Source: Dehalococcoidia bacterium (GTDB lineage: Bacteria > Chloroflexota > Dehalococcoidia > Lucifugimonadales > UBA3495). Taken from it: 64,000 nucleotides of DNA. Below, one piece after another: positions 1 to 10,605 of this stretch. Within the stretch, counting starts at the first letter, position 1, and each line of letters starts with the position of its first letter. Position numbers and translations under genes: made by a program. The stretch covers positions 772,190 through 836,189 of the forward strand of contig CBDDEJ010000010.1 in assembly GCA_965226915.1 (NCBI GenBank), read 5' to 3'. Below the pieces are notes generated by a model. It had not been told where the DNA came from, ran no database searches, and was given only the letters and a program-made list of their open reading frames with translations.

Positions 1-1026
1 AAATACGGCACCACCTGTTTTCTAGACCCCGGCAGCACCAAATATCTGGATGCCTGCATGGCGGCCTACCAGGAATCTGGTTGCCGCATAGTAGTCGGGA
101 CGCACGTCGCTGACCGCCCCAACCCGATCAACGTCCCGGTCTTCTCCACTGACGACGCCATCGCCCAGATGGAGCACGTCATGCGGAAATACGATCACGC
201 CCTTGACGGCCGGGTGCGGGCCTGGGCCATGCCCTTTTCCTGGTCATTTTCCTCCGAAGAGTTGCTTTTAGCAGCCAAGGGACTGGCCGATAAACACAGC
301 GCTGGTCTGACCCTGCACCACAACAACAGCCCGCGCGCGGTGGAGGTCTGCATAAATGACCACGGCAAGCGGCCCACGGAATACCTGGAGGAGATCGGAG
401 TGCTTGGGCCAAATTTGCTGCTGGCCCACGTGCTGGGATTGGACGAGGCTGAGGTCGACAGCATGGCCCGCACCGAAACCAGAGCCGTGGTCTGTCCAAC
501 AGCCGCAATCAAAGGCGGTGCCGGTATGACCAACACGGGATTGCTTCCCGAGATGCTGGAGAAAGGGATTCAGGTGGCGTTGGGCACCGACGCGGGGAAT
601 AATTCCAATCTGATTGAGACCATGCGGTCCATGTACCTTATAGCCGTGCTGTACAAAGACGCCAGGGAGACCACCAAGGTGATTCCAGCGGAGACGGCGT
701 TGGAGATGGCGACAATCCAAGGCGCCCGCGCCCTGGGCTTGGGCGATGAAATCGGGTCAATAGAGGAAGAGAAAAAAGCAGACTTGGTCTTGTTCGACAC
801 CCGGCGCCCGGAATGGCGTTCACTGCACAACCCGGTGAACAACCTGGTCTATAGCGCCGATGGGCGCAGCGTCCACACCGTCATCGTAGATGGGAGAGTT
901 GTGGTCGAAGACCATACGCCGGTGTTTGTTGACGAGTTGGACTTGATTCAGAAGACTCAGAAGCTGGGCGAAGGCCTGCTGGCCCGAACCGGCGTCTCGT
1001 TCCCGTCGAGATGGCCAATCGTCTGA
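1..1026 (+). CDS. amidohydrolase-superfamily protein (chlorohydrolase/deaminase-like), 5' end outside window
   Basis: Frame 1 is open from base 1 (KYGTTCFLDPGS..) into the listed ORF 58..1026. Motifs LTLHHNNS, ALGTDAGNNSN and EKKADLVLFD are typical of metal-dependent amidohydrolases. Confidence 0.8.
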   Translation, partial: KYGTTCFLDPGSTKYLDACMAAYQESGCRIVVGTHVADRPNPINVPVFSTDDAIAQMEHVMRKYDHALDGRVRAWAMPFSWSFSSEELLLAAKGLADKHSAGLTLHHNNSPRAVEVCINDHGKRPTEYLEEIGVLGPNLLLAHVLGLDEAEVDSMARTETRAVVCPTAAIKGGAGMTNTGLLPEMLEKGIQVALGTDAGNNSNLIETMRSMYLIAVLYKDARETTKVIPAETALEMATIQGARALGLGDEIGSIEEEKKADLVLFDTRRPEWRSLHNPVNNLVYSADGRSVHTVIVDGRVVVEDHTPVFVDELDLIQKTQKLGEGLLARTGVSFPSRWPIV

Positions 1027-1110
1027 GTCGTGCCCGTAGTTTGCCCGTAGTTGGTGGGTAGTTGGTGGGTAGTAGGTAGGCGCGAAGATCCGCCGGTTAG
1101 TCCACACCCG

Positions 1111-1611
1111 TCACGAAACAGCGGTGCTCTCCCGCCGTTGATTCAACCCGATGGCCGCCGACACGACCATGGCCAGAGCCGCAGGCAAATAGAACAAACC
1201 TATGGAAAAGCTGCCCGCGATACAGAACCCAAGAAGCAACAGGGCGGAAATGCCCAGGGGTATCCGGCGTAAGACCCTGCCCCTTACCACCAAGATCACT
1301 CCCATAAGACCGGCGCCGGAAAAAGCCACCGGGACCATAATTATGGGGAGCACACCCCAGCCGTTGACTTCTATGAGGGTAGAGGTCGTATATGTCGTGA
1401 CCTGTTCCAGGTTGCTGCGCACTAATTCTCTCGGGGCCGCGGTGGCGCCAGGTGGCCTGCTGACGGTTTCGGTTACCTGCACACCCTGGTAGACCGGCAC
1501 GAACGCCAACACGGCGAAGGCAACCCAGGCCAACACGTGGGAACACGAAGCCGCCGTGAACGCCAAATCCTTCAATCTCCCGCTTCTCTTATCAGGTGCG
1601 TCCGCCATCAT
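1111..1611 (-). CDS. hypothetical integral membrane protein
   Basis: 166-aa ORF with about four hydrophobic helices. No family recognised. Confidence 0.5.
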   Translation of the reverse strand: MMADAPDKRSGRLKDLAFTAASCSHVLAWVAFAVLAFVPVYQGVQVTETVSRPPGATAAPRELVRSNLEQVTTYTTSTLIEVNGWGVLPIIMVPVAFSGAGLMGVILVVRGRVLRRIPLGISALLLLGFCIAGSFSIGLFYLPAALAMVVSAAIGLNQRRESTAVS

Positions 1612-1768
1612 TCAATTATACTGCGGCGCTTCGGCAGTAATTCCACTTCCAGAAGCTTATAAACATTCGATATGATTGTTTGCCAGGGAAAATGTCTTGG
1701 CCTAAAATGGCGCCACCACCTATACTGAGCCTACGGTGCCAATTTGTTTCAAGAACAGGAGTCTCCCC

Positions 1769-2863
1769 ATGCACGTCGGTATGTCCACCGTGTTCCAGAG
1801 CCCCCAGCGTAAGATCTCCGACCAACAGATCTACCAGAACGAGTTGGTGTTGGCCGACTTGGCCGAGCCGCTGGGTTTCCAGTCCGTCTGGGGAGTGGAG
1901 CACCATTTCACCGATTACACAATGTGCCCCAATGTCATCCAATTCCTGTCCTATATGGCCGGGCGCACCCAGCACGTTCAGCTAGGCTCCATGGTGATGG
2001 TGTTGCCGTGGCACGACCCCATGCGGGCCGCCGAGGAAGTGGCCATGTTGGACAACCTGAGCGGCGGGCGCGTGATACTGGGCATAGGCAGGGGACTTGC
2101 CCGGGTGGAATTTGAAGGATTCGGGCTGGATATGTCCGAGTCCAGAGGCCGCTTTATTGAGTCGGCCCAAACGTTGCTAGCGGGGTTGGAGCAGGGCTAC
2201 TGTGAATTTCAAGGGCAATTCGTCGAACAGACCCGGCGGGACATCAGGCCGGCGCCGGTAAAGAGCTTCAAAGGCAGGACCTACGCCGCCGCGGTATCGC
2301 CCGAGTCATCCAAAGTCATGGCTGAACTTGGCGTAGGCCTTCTGATCATCCCCCAGAAGCCATGGGACGACGTTGAGTCGGAACTAGAAATCTACCGCGG
2401 CATCTACCTGGATGTGAACGGGGAGGAGGCGCCTCCTCCGGTGGTGGTGGGATTCACCTTCTGCGATGAAGACGAGAGACGGGCGGAGGATATGGCCCGG
2501 AGGTACGTGGGCGGTTACTGGGAATCGGTCATGGAACATTACGAGATCCGGGACGATCATTTCAAGGATCTTCGAGGCTATGAGTACTACAGCAAAATGA
2601 CCGAGAAAGTGGCCGAATATGGGGACGACGACGTCAGAGATTTCTTCTTGAATCTGCAGGTATGGGGCACGCCCGAACAGTGCATCGAAAAGGTTAAGCG
2701 TATCCACCAGAGGATCGGGCAAGACACCTATGTGGCGGTTTTTAGCTACGGCGGCATGCCCCATGCGGACGCCGAAAACAGCATGAGGCTTTTTGCCGAA
2801 AAAGTAATGCCCCAACTGAAAGCGTTTGTTCCGGCAGCGGCAGGCAAGGGTCAGAAGGTTTAA
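1769..2863 (+). CDS. LLM-class (luciferase-like) flavin-dependent oxidoreductase
   Basis: Motifs ADLAEPLGFQSVWGVEHHF and GGRVILGIGRG. ATG at 1769 is preceded by AGGAG at 1757-1761; the listed ORF start 1736 is probably too far upstream. Confidence 0.85.
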   Translation: MHVGMSTVFQSPQRKISDQQIYQNELVLADLAEPLGFQSVWGVEHHFTDYTMCPNVIQFLSYMAGRTQHVQLGSMVMVLPWHDPMRAAEEVAMLDNLSGGRVILGIGRGLARVEFEGFGLDMSESRGRFIESAQTLLAGLEQGYCEFQGQFVEQTRRDIRPAPVKSFKGRTYAAAVSPESSKVMAELGVGLLIIPQKPWDDVESELEIYRGIYLDVNGEEAPPPVVVGFTFCDEDERRAEDMARRYVGGYWESVMEHYEIRDDHFKDLRGYEYYSKMTEKVAEYGDDDVRDFFLNLQVWGTPEQCIEKVKRIHQRIGQDTYVAVFSYGGMPHADAENSMRLFAEKVMPQLKAFVPAAAGKGQKV

Positions 2864-2911
2864 GGGCCCGCCAGAGATCGCTAGACCGCACGAGCATGCG
2901 TGCGAACGTGA

Positions 2912-3083
2912 AAATCCCCCTTAATCCCCCTTTGCAAAGGGGGAGGTTTAGAAGGCTCAGCCTCGCGATGGACTAAGTCACATCGTACCCTCAAAGGGTC
3001 CGCGCTGGATTTGATTTAGGCGGTACAGATTGGAGACCTTGCGGCCCTTCTCCCCCTTTGCAAAGGGGGATTAAGGGGGATTT
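2912..3083. mobile_element. 172-bp MITE-like element (MITE-C) with perfect 34-bp terminal inverted repeats
   Basis: 2912-2945 (AAATCCCCCTTAATCCCCCTTTGCAAAGGGGGAG) is the exact reverse complement of 3050-3083. Intergenic, with no ORF. Confidence 0.6.
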
Positions 3084-3142
3084 AACCCCGTAAGTGCGCC
3101 TATCTTCGCCGGGATTGATAGTCGATCCAACGCCGCTTAAGG

Positions 3143-3878
3143 CTAGGCAGTGGCCAATATCTCTCTGAGCCTCTGGGCGATGATCTTCTCGCCGCCTTCC
3201 TTCAGCGTGGGCATCCGTATCACGAATGAGTTCTGACCCTCTGGATAGTCGTCTGGGCGGGCGTTGGGAGACCTGACCCAGATACTGGGATTTCCCGCCC
3301 GCAGTTCGTTCACCACGTCGATTGCGGTCTTGCCCAACGCCTGGGAATCCAGCTGAACCAGCAGGCCCTCGGCGGGCGCGCCCGGAGGATTGCTATGCAA
3401 GGATAATTCGATATGAGGTATATCTTCAAGATCCAATTTTAATGCGGCTATGCGGACTTCATAAGCCTCGAACCGGTCCTCGTGGTTGGTGGTCAGCCAT
3501 TCCCGAAGCGCCGCGTAGACCTCCACCACCTCTTGACGGTCAACCTTCATCGGCCGGCCGAAGGAATCGGAGCCGCTGGACTCGAACCCGATGAAGCTAT
3601 GTTTTCGGGCTATGTCCACCAGATCAGGCCTACCCGTAAGTATTCCGCTGGAGTTGACCGCGCCAAAATACTTGGCGCCATAAGCCACTAGATCGGCCCC
3701 CATCTGCACGTATTTGCTGAGAAGATCGGTGGGGTAGACCTGACCCGCCGCGTCCACGATAACGGGAATGTCGTGAGCATGGGCGACTCGGATCACCTCT
3801 TCTATGGGCAGCGCTCCCGGCTGCGCTCCCGGCTGCGTTCCCGGCGCCAGGTAATGCACCCCGGCGGTATGGGGTCCA
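3143..3878 (-). pseudogene. SelA-like/DgaE-like PLP-dependent enzyme, C-terminal remnant (N-terminal ~150 aa missing)
   Basis: Motifs HDIPVIVDAAGQ and LVAYGAKYFG. The frame stays open upstream to 3878, where homology stops abruptly at the inverted-duplication arm. An in-frame 12-nt tandem repeat at 3811-3846 encodes PGxQPGAQPGA. Confidence 0.55.
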
Positions 3879-4184
3879 ATGATGCTTCAAAGCTGCGGCA
3901 ACGGCTTGTTCAGCACGCCAAACAACAGCTCCATCCTGAGCGCGGTGGACCGCTCTAGATACGGTATAGTCTCTGCGCTGCGCCCCCTTACACGGAACTC
4001 AGCAAACATCACCAGCATCGCGATTTCCACGGCCATTATCGTGGGGACCATGGCATCGATGGGCGCGTCGCCCAGCCTTGACGCGGTGTCCAATGACCCC
4101 AGAGCGTTCGTCGCTGGGATACATACCGCGTTTACGGTCTTGGGCGCCATGGCTGTCCTTGGGATGGTCATTTCTCTGCTGAAA
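3879..4184 (+). repeat. left arm of a 306-bp inverted duplication (copy of an internal segment of the MFS gene)
   Basis: Reverse complement of 4731-5036 with one mismatch seen by manual alignment (R versus W codon). Confidence 0.9.
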
Positions 4185-4191
4185 CCTGGCG

Positions 4192-4602
4192 ATGGCTGAA
4201 AAAGGCGCCCATGTCTCAGGGGTAAGCTCCAACTATGGCAGCACTTCCATGGATTCTACATTTGGCGCCAACAACGCACTGGACGGCAATCCGTCAACGG
4301 AGTGGTCTTCCCAGGGAGACGGCGACGGCGCCTGGATTGAAATAGAATTGGCCCAGATGACCAAGGTAACCGCGCTGGGGTTCTGGACTAGGACCATGGG
4401 CACTTCGGCGCAGATACTTTCCTTCCGCGTGATCACCGGCAGTGGCGAGGCTTTTGGACCATTTGCTCTGGACGATGCCTCTTCGGTTCATTACTTTGAC
4501 GTCGACTTTACCGCCAAAACCCTACGGATTGAGGCTGTTGACACCAGCGGAGGCAACACCGGGGCCGTGGAGGTCGAAATCTACGGCGAACCCGCGCCAT
4601 GA
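4192..4602 (+). CDS. discoidin (F5/8 type C, galactose-binding-like) domain protein, possibly a 5'-truncated fragment
   Basis: Motifs NALDGNPSTEWSS, AWIEIEL and LRIEAVDTSGGNTGAVEVEIYG. No signal peptide. The start lies 8 nt after the repeat arm. Confidence 0.6.
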   Translation: MAEKGAHVSGVSSNYGSTSMDSTFGANNALDGNPSTEWSSQGDGDGAWIEIELAQMTKVTALGFWTRTMGTSAQILSFRVITGSGEAFGPFALDDASSVHYFDVDFTAKTLRIEAVDTSGGNTGAVEVEIYGEPAP

Positions 4603-4649
4603 ACCAAGCACCTATAACCCGGCCTCAGCATTTGGAAGGATTCCACGGG

Positions 4650-6163
4650 TCAACGCGACATGGTGCGCTCGACCGTTTCCGTTGAATCCAGGGAATCCTG
4701 GGGGTCGCGGGCAGGTATGGCCCTCTCACCTTTCAGCAGAGAAATGACCATCCCAAGGACAGCCATGGCGCCCAAGACCGTAAACGCGGTATGTATCCCA
4801 GCGACGAACGCTCTGGGGTCATTGGACACCGCGTCAAGGCTGGGCGACGCGCCCATCGATGCCATGGTCCCCACGATAATGGCCGTGGAAATCGCGATGC
4901 TGGTGATGTTTGCTGAGTTCCATGTAAGGGGGCGCAGCGCAGAGACTATACCGTATCTAGAGCGGTCCACCGCGCTCAGGATGGAGCTGTTGTTTGGCGT
5001 GCTGAACAAGCCGTTGCCGCAGCTTTGAAGCATCATGATAAACATAGGTAAAATGACTGGAGAGTCCTCCCTAAGCGTAGTGGCGAACAAGAACAAAGCG
5101 GTGGATGTCATCGCTAATCCGGCCACCGTAAAGGTCCTCCATCCATAACGGTCTGACAGGCGGCCTGAGATGGGCCCCATAAAGGTCATTATTATGGCTG
5201 CGGGAATGATGATCAGGCCGGCTTCTCTGGGGCTGTATCCCAACACGCTTTGAAAGTAGATCGCCATCATGAATCGGGCGGCCGCCATCCCCAGAAACGT
5301 CAACCAACCGGCGGCCATGCCCATGGCGATTAGCTTGCGTTTAAAGAGCGTCAAGTCGAGCATTGGCGAACCGGTGCGCAGTTCCCACCAGATGAAGCCG
5401 GCAAGGAGGGCCCCAAACAATAGAATGCCGGAAATAATGGGGGCAGAGACCCATCCGATTCGGTTGGCCAATGTCAGCGTTAGTAGGATCGTAAGCAATG
5501 CGCCCGCCGACAACACCGATCCTAACCAGTCGAACTTTGGACGGCTTTCCCGGCCGGGGTCGGGCAAAAACCTCTTGGGGTCCAAGATGATTGATGATAG
5601 GACTATCGCCGCCAAACCCCCGGAACGTTTATGAAAAACACCCATCGCCAACCCAATCCGCTGACCAGAAAGCCCCCCAAGGCCGGACCGATAATCGCGC
5701 CGGTTCCCACCACACTGCTGTGGGAGCCTAAGGCTTTGCCCCGCTCGTTGCCGGGAAACACCGATATGACCATGGCGGCGCCGTTGGCCTGGATCATCGC
5801 CGACCCGGCACCCTGGATCACCTTTGCCAGGATCAAAATCTCAAGGTCGCTGGCTGTGCTGGCCAATGCGGCCGCGGCGATGAATCCAGCGAATCCGGTT
5901 ATGTAAACCCGTTTCCGGCCTACAATGTCGGATAAACGTCCTATGGGCAACAAGAGGGCCGAAACGGTCAACGTCTCTCCCAAAATGACCCACTGGACCG
6001 CGGGCAAGTCTGCTTGGAAATATGAGGCGATGCTAGGCAGGGCGATTATCAGGCTGCTGTTGCTGGCCACAGCCATGAACGTTCCCACGCCTATGGTGGC
6101 CAACACCCACCATTTGTAGTTGGGGCTTCCGGTGATCGATTGTCGTTTAGGAATGGTCAGCAT
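4650..6163 (-). pseudogene. DHA2/EmrB-like MFS transporter split by a frameshift at a C5 (G5 on the coding strand) run
   Basis: ORF 5603..6289 carries the N-terminal half (GRLSDIVGRKRVY, WRWVFFINVP). ORF 4650..5651 carries the C-terminal half. The frames join if the run at 5617-5621 had one more base. Confidence 0.75.
4731..5036 (-). repeat. right arm of the 306-bp inverted duplication (inside the MFS gene)
   Basis: See 3879-4184. Confidence 0.9.
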
Positions 6164-6456
6164 TAAAACAAAATAATAAGCCCAGGCCTCTGTGAGCCGT
6201 GGGCGCCTGGTGAATCGCGGCGCCGTCTCGGCAGGCGTATCGAGGCATGGGGGCTTGTAAATTAGGTTATCACATTCGAACCCGATCAAGGAGATTGTGT
6301 TGTAGATTTGGCTTGTGAAACCACTGCTTAACCCTGCGGCGGTGCGATTTCGTGGAGGGAGTTTCTACTCCGATTTCCCACAACGAATCACTTGACCCGC
6401 TACGTATAGGGCATCGACCGGGTTATGCTGACTTGTTTTTTTGTGCGCATTCCGAA

Positions 6457-6485
6457 TTGACAGAGACGGGGCACGGACTTATTAT
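6457..6485 (+). promoter_or_regulatory. sigma70-type promoter candidate for the DUF1800/DUF1501 genes
   Basis: TTGACA (6457-6462), 17-nt spacer, TATTAT (6480-6485). Confidence 0.45.
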
Positions 6486-6588
6486 TGAGCCTAGAATTCG
6501 CCCCTGACACCGTATAAACCACCACGGAATCCACATCCTAACGCCGGACTCTAAGACCGGTCTGAGACCAAATTAAGGAGGCTGCCGC

Positions 6589-7989
6589 ATGGCCAACAAA
6601 GAAGACCTGGCATTGATGGCTCACCTGATGCGCCGCGCTGGATTTGGCGCGAACCGAGAGGAATTGGAACGATTAACTGAAAAAGGCTACGAAGCAGTCG
6701 TAGAGGAATTGATTGATCCACCCGAGGCCATGCCCGCCGGAAAGACGGCGTTGCTGCTTCGTTATCAGCCCGGATGTTTACTCCCCGGCGGAACCCCAAA
6801 CCCGGGACAGTTCAATTGGCTTTTCCATATGATCACCACCCAGCGGCCCCTGCATGAAAAGGTCGCTCTATTCTGGCACCACGTATTTGCCACCGGTAAC
6901 GCCAAGGTGGACAACTGCGACCAAATGCTGGAACAGTTGGTGATGTTCCGTAAGTTTGGCATGGGCAACTACCGGGAAATGCTTCTAGAGATCTCCATGA
7001 ACCCAGCCATGATCTTCTGGCTGGACAATAATGAGAATCACCGGGACGCGGTCAACGAAAACTGGGGACGTGAGCTTTTGGAGCTCTTCTCCATGGGCGT
7101 CAGCAACTACACCGAGGTTGATGTTCGGGAAGCTTCCCGGGCCTTCACCGGTTGGACGATAATGCCCAAGCTGCCGCGCCAGCCCTTTGGACGTTTCCCT
7201 TGGCGGTTCCAGTACCTGGGCGAGGATCACGACGACGGTGAAAAGACATTCTTGGGCCACACGGGCAACTTGAACGGCGAAGACATCATCGACATCATCG
7301 TCAAAGAGCCCGCCACCGCCCGGTTCATTTGCCGTCACCTGTACAACTTCTTTGTGGCCGATGAAGTTCAAGTCCCCGCTTGGACCATCAATGACGCCCG
7401 GGACGAGGAAGCCCTGGAAATCATGATCACCGCCTTTGAAGAGTCTGGCTATGAGTTAAAAGCGGTGCTCCGCACCATATTCAACTCAGACTTCTTCAAG
7501 AATGCCAGGTATTCCAAGGTTAAGAGCCCGGCGGAAGTAGTCGCCAGCACCCTTAAGATGGTGGGCACTTACCAATTCCCCGAGCCCACCCTGCCCAGCA
7601 TAGCCCCAGAGCCTTCTTATATGGGCCAGGCGCTTCTGGACCCGCCCAGCGTCGAAGGTTGGTACACCGGCGCCGAGTGGATCAATAGCGGCTCCCTTTT
7701 GGCCCGCATCAACTTCGTGGCCGACCGCGTGGCCAACACCGAACTCCCAGGCATTAAGACCATCATCAGCCAGATGAAAGTCGAAGGCGTAAGTTCTCCC
7801 GAACAGTTGGTGGAGTCCTCCCTCGACCACATGGGATTCCTAGAGGTTAGCGACGAGACCCGCGAGCAGCTTCTGGGCCACGCCAAAGGCGGCGGCGACA
7901 TGGATTGGAGCAAGGAAGACGCCGCGGGGACCCGCGTCGGCGAGATGCTCGCCCTAGTGGGCGCCACCACGGAATATCAGTTCGGTTAA
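6589..7989 (+). CDS. DUF1800 family protein
   Basis: N-terminal HLMRRAGFGA and overall length. AAGGAGG RBS upstream. Followed by its usual DUF1501 partner. Confidence 0.85.
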   Translation: MANKEDLALMAHLMRRAGFGANREELERLTEKGYEAVVEELIDPPEAMPAGKTALLLRYQPGCLLPGGTPNPGQFNWLFHMITTQRPLHEKVALFWHHVFATGNAKVDNCDQMLEQLVMFRKFGMGNYREMLLEISMNPAMIFWLDNNENHRDAVNENWGRELLELFSMGVSNYTEVDVREASRAFTGWTIMPKLPRQPFGRFPWRFQYLGEDHDDGEKTFLGHTGNLNGEDIIDIIVKEPATARFICRHLYNFFVADEVQVPAWTINDARDEEALEIMITAFEESGYELKAVLRTIFNSDFFKNARYSKVKSPAEVVASTLKMVGTYQFPEPTLPSIAPEPSYMGQALLDPPSVEGWYTGAEWINSGSLLARINFVADRVANTELPGIKTIISQMKVEGVSSPEQLVESSLDHMGFLEVSDETREQLLGHAKGGGDMDWSKEDAAGTRVGEMLALVGATTEYQFG

Positions 7990-8068
7990 GACAGGTAGGG
8001 GCGCACGGCCGTGCGCCCCTACAGCCCTGGGGACCGTTCCCCTGGCAATATAAACGAAGGGGAAAAAC

Positions 8069-9163
8069 ATGACCTCGACGAAGAAAGACCCGGTTATCGT
8101 GGTTTTGCAGCTCACCGGCGGCAACGACTACTTCAACACGGTTATTCCCTACAACGACCCGCTGTACGTCGACAACCGGCCGGCGGTGGGGTACAACCTG
8201 GAAGACATCATCAAAGTGGACGCCGAATTGGGCTTTGCGCCCACCATGGGCCCCATCAAAGACCTATATGACCAGGGCAAGGTTGCGGTGATCCACGGAG
8301 TGGGTTACACCAACTCACCCAGGTCCCACTTCCGCTCCATGGACATCTGGCACACCTGCGAGCCGGACAAAGTCGGCATCGAAGGTTGGGCCGACCGGGT
8401 AGCCCGTGAGATAGACCCCAACAAAGAGAACGTTCTGACCGCCATCAACTTCGGCCACGGTCTTCCCCTCGCGCTGACGGTTGCCGGCGTTCCTGTCGCC
8501 GGCATCGCCGACAACACCCAGCGGGCCCGGGCTTTGGACCTGTTCGCCAAGGTGTACTCCCCGGCCGTCGGCACCGGCACGGTTACCGACTACCTGCGCT
8601 CCACCGGCATGGAAGCCATGATCGGGGCCGACATCGTCAAAGTCGCGCCCGAGAAGTACAGCTCCACGGTGGAATATCCCAACTCTCCGATAGCCGCTCA
8701 CCTGAAAGACATCGCACAGGTATATCTGGCCGACCTGGGAACGCGGATCTTCTGCACCCAGCACGCCAGCTTTGACACCCACGCCGGAGAGGCGGGCGCC
8801 CATCCCAAACTGTGGGAAGACATTTCCCAGGGAGTTACGGCGTTCTTCGACGATCTCCACGCCCACGGCGAGGGCGACAACGTGGTCATGTACCTGTTCT
8901 CGGAATTCGGACGCCGGGTGCACGACAATGGCTCCGGAACCGACCACGGCGCGGCCGGCGTGGCCTTTGCCATCGGCGACCACGTCAAGGGCGGAATGTT
9001 CGGCGAATACCCGTCGCGGAAGGTGGAAGACCTGGACCAGGGCGACCTGGTTCCCAGCTACGATTTCCGGGGCGGCTACACCACCCTGATCGAAGACTGG
9101 CTGGGCATGGATTCCAAGCCGATAGTCAACGGCAGCTTCGAGAAGCTGGGCTTCCTGAAGTAA
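8069..9163 (+). CDS. DUF1501 family protein (sulfatase/phosphatase-fold)
   Basis: Motifs LQLTGGNDYFNTV, SHFRSMDIW and GTDHGAAG. No twin-arginine leader. Confidence 0.85.
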   Translation: MTSTKKDPVIVVLQLTGGNDYFNTVIPYNDPLYVDNRPAVGYNLEDIIKVDAELGFAPTMGPIKDLYDQGKVAVIHGVGYTNSPRSHFRSMDIWHTCEPDKVGIEGWADRVAREIDPNKENVLTAINFGHGLPLALTVAGVPVAGIADNTQRARALDLFAKVYSPAVGTGTVTDYLRSTGMEAMIGADIVKVAPEKYSSTVEYPNSPIAAHLKDIAQVYLADLGTRIFCTQHASFDTHAGEAGAHPKLWEDISQGVTAFFDDLHAHGEGDNVVMYLFSEFGRRVHDNGSGTDHGAAGVAFAIGDHVKGGMFGEYPSRKVEDLDQGDLVPSYDFRGGYTTLIEDWLGMDSKPIVNGSFEKLGFLK

Positions 9164-9274
9164 GACTGAAGTAGACCCGAAGTAGAATTAGACCCGGGCC
9201 ACGGTCCGGCTCCACAATCCGAAAACCCGAAGAGGGAATGATACGATTCAACTCCATTTTTAGGAGAATTCAAA

Positions 9275-10333
9275 ATGGCGCAGATCACAGTAGCCGCCGG
9301 CCGGTGCTGGCAATACAGTAAATACATCGGACGCCGGTCCACGGCGGGAAATGGCTTCAGCCAGCCGATCGCCGTAGCCGCCGCCCCAAACGGCGTGCTC
9401 TACGTAGGCAACCGCACCGCGGTGCGTATTTCCAAAGTGACGATCGACGAAGATTTCATCGGTGAGTATGGCCGGGGCGGTGAAGATGACGGCCAGTTCG
9501 TTTGGCTTACGTCGGTAGTGGTGGACCAGGACGAAAACGTCTATGGCGCCGATGAATGGCTTAACCGCATCACCGTATTCGACAAGGACGGCAACCTCCT
9601 TAGGACCTGGGGAGAAGCCGGAGATGGAGAAGGCCAGCTCAGCGGTCCGTCTGGCATGGCGTTTGACACCGACGGAAATCTTCTGGTCGTAAACAGCTTC
9701 AACAGCCGGGTTCAGAAATTCACCAAGGAGGGGAAATTCATCAGTGGGTTCGGCGCCAAGGGTGACGGCCTCGGTGAGATGGACCTGCCTTGGGGCATAG
9801 CCGTGGACAATCACGGCGCAATTTACGTTACGGATTGGAACAACCACCGGGTTCAGAAGTTCAGCCCTGAAGGAGAGCATCTTCTGACCTTTGGGTCTGG
9901 CAAAGTGACCGGTGTCTCCCCCGATGGCGGCACGCCATATGTTCATGCCACCGTTGGCCACGTCGCCGTAAACCCCAACGACCTGAACCATCCCACCGGA
10001 GTCGCCGTAGACGCCGATGGCGATGTCTACGTCGTCGACTGGATGAACGAGCGCGTCGTGATCTTCGACGCCGATTCCAAAGCGATTTCGGTATTGCGAG
10101 GCGACGCCACCGGCTTGTCCAAGTGGGCGCAAATGTCCATGACCGCCAACCCGGACATGAACAAAGCTATGCAGAGGATCAAAAATCCGGAGGTTCAGAA
10201 TTACTTGCGGATGCCCGTGGCTTGCACTTTCGACCAGTCTAACAACCGCCTGATCGTGTGCGACACTATGCGGGGACGCTTGCAGATCTACCAGAAGGAC
10301 CCAAATTACTCCGACCCCCAGTTTAACCTGTAG
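9275..10333 (+). CDS. NHL-repeat six-bladed beta-propeller protein
   Basis: Repeated P.GVAVD..G.iYV.D..N.Rvq.F blades. Confidence 0.8.
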   Translation: MAQITVAAGRCWQYSKYIGRRSTAGNGFSQPIAVAAAPNGVLYVGNRTAVRISKVTIDEDFIGEYGRGGEDDGQFVWLTSVVVDQDENVYGADEWLNRITVFDKDGNLLRTWGEAGDGEGQLSGPSGMAFDTDGNLLVVNSFNSRVQKFTKEGKFISGFGAKGDGLGEMDLPWGIAVDNHGAIYVTDWNNHRVQKFSPEGEHLLTFGSGKVTGVSPDGGTPYVHATVGHVAVNPNDLNHPTGVAVDADGDVYVVDWMNERVVIFDADSKAISVLRGDATGLSKWAQMSMTANPDMNKAMQRIKNPEVQNYLRMPVACTFDQSNNRLIVCDTMRGRLQIYQKDPNYSDPQFNL

Positions 10334-10418
10334 TGCCTAAATAAATCTGGCTTCAATGCGGACAACAAGCGGCCTGAATTCGGGGCGCTAGGATGTTTTA
10401 ACGACGTTAATAAAGCTA

Positions 10419-10448
10419 TTGACACGTTGAATCCGCATAGTCTATATT
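10419..10448 (+). promoter_or_regulatory. sigma70-type promoter candidate for the ABC importer operon
   Basis: TTGACA (10419-10424), 18-nt spacer, TATATT (10443-10448). Confidence 0.45.
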
Positions 10449-10605
10449 ACCGGGAGCCTTTGGCAGGGTAAATGATTACCGTTGCTGAGGCCGATTTCGG
10501 CGGCTCGGAAATATATTAATCAACGTGGCGCGAGGAAAGATATCGGGCAACCCAAGAACCAAATAAATAGATCAGGACTCTAGAGAACAATTCGGAGGAA
10601 TAAGA

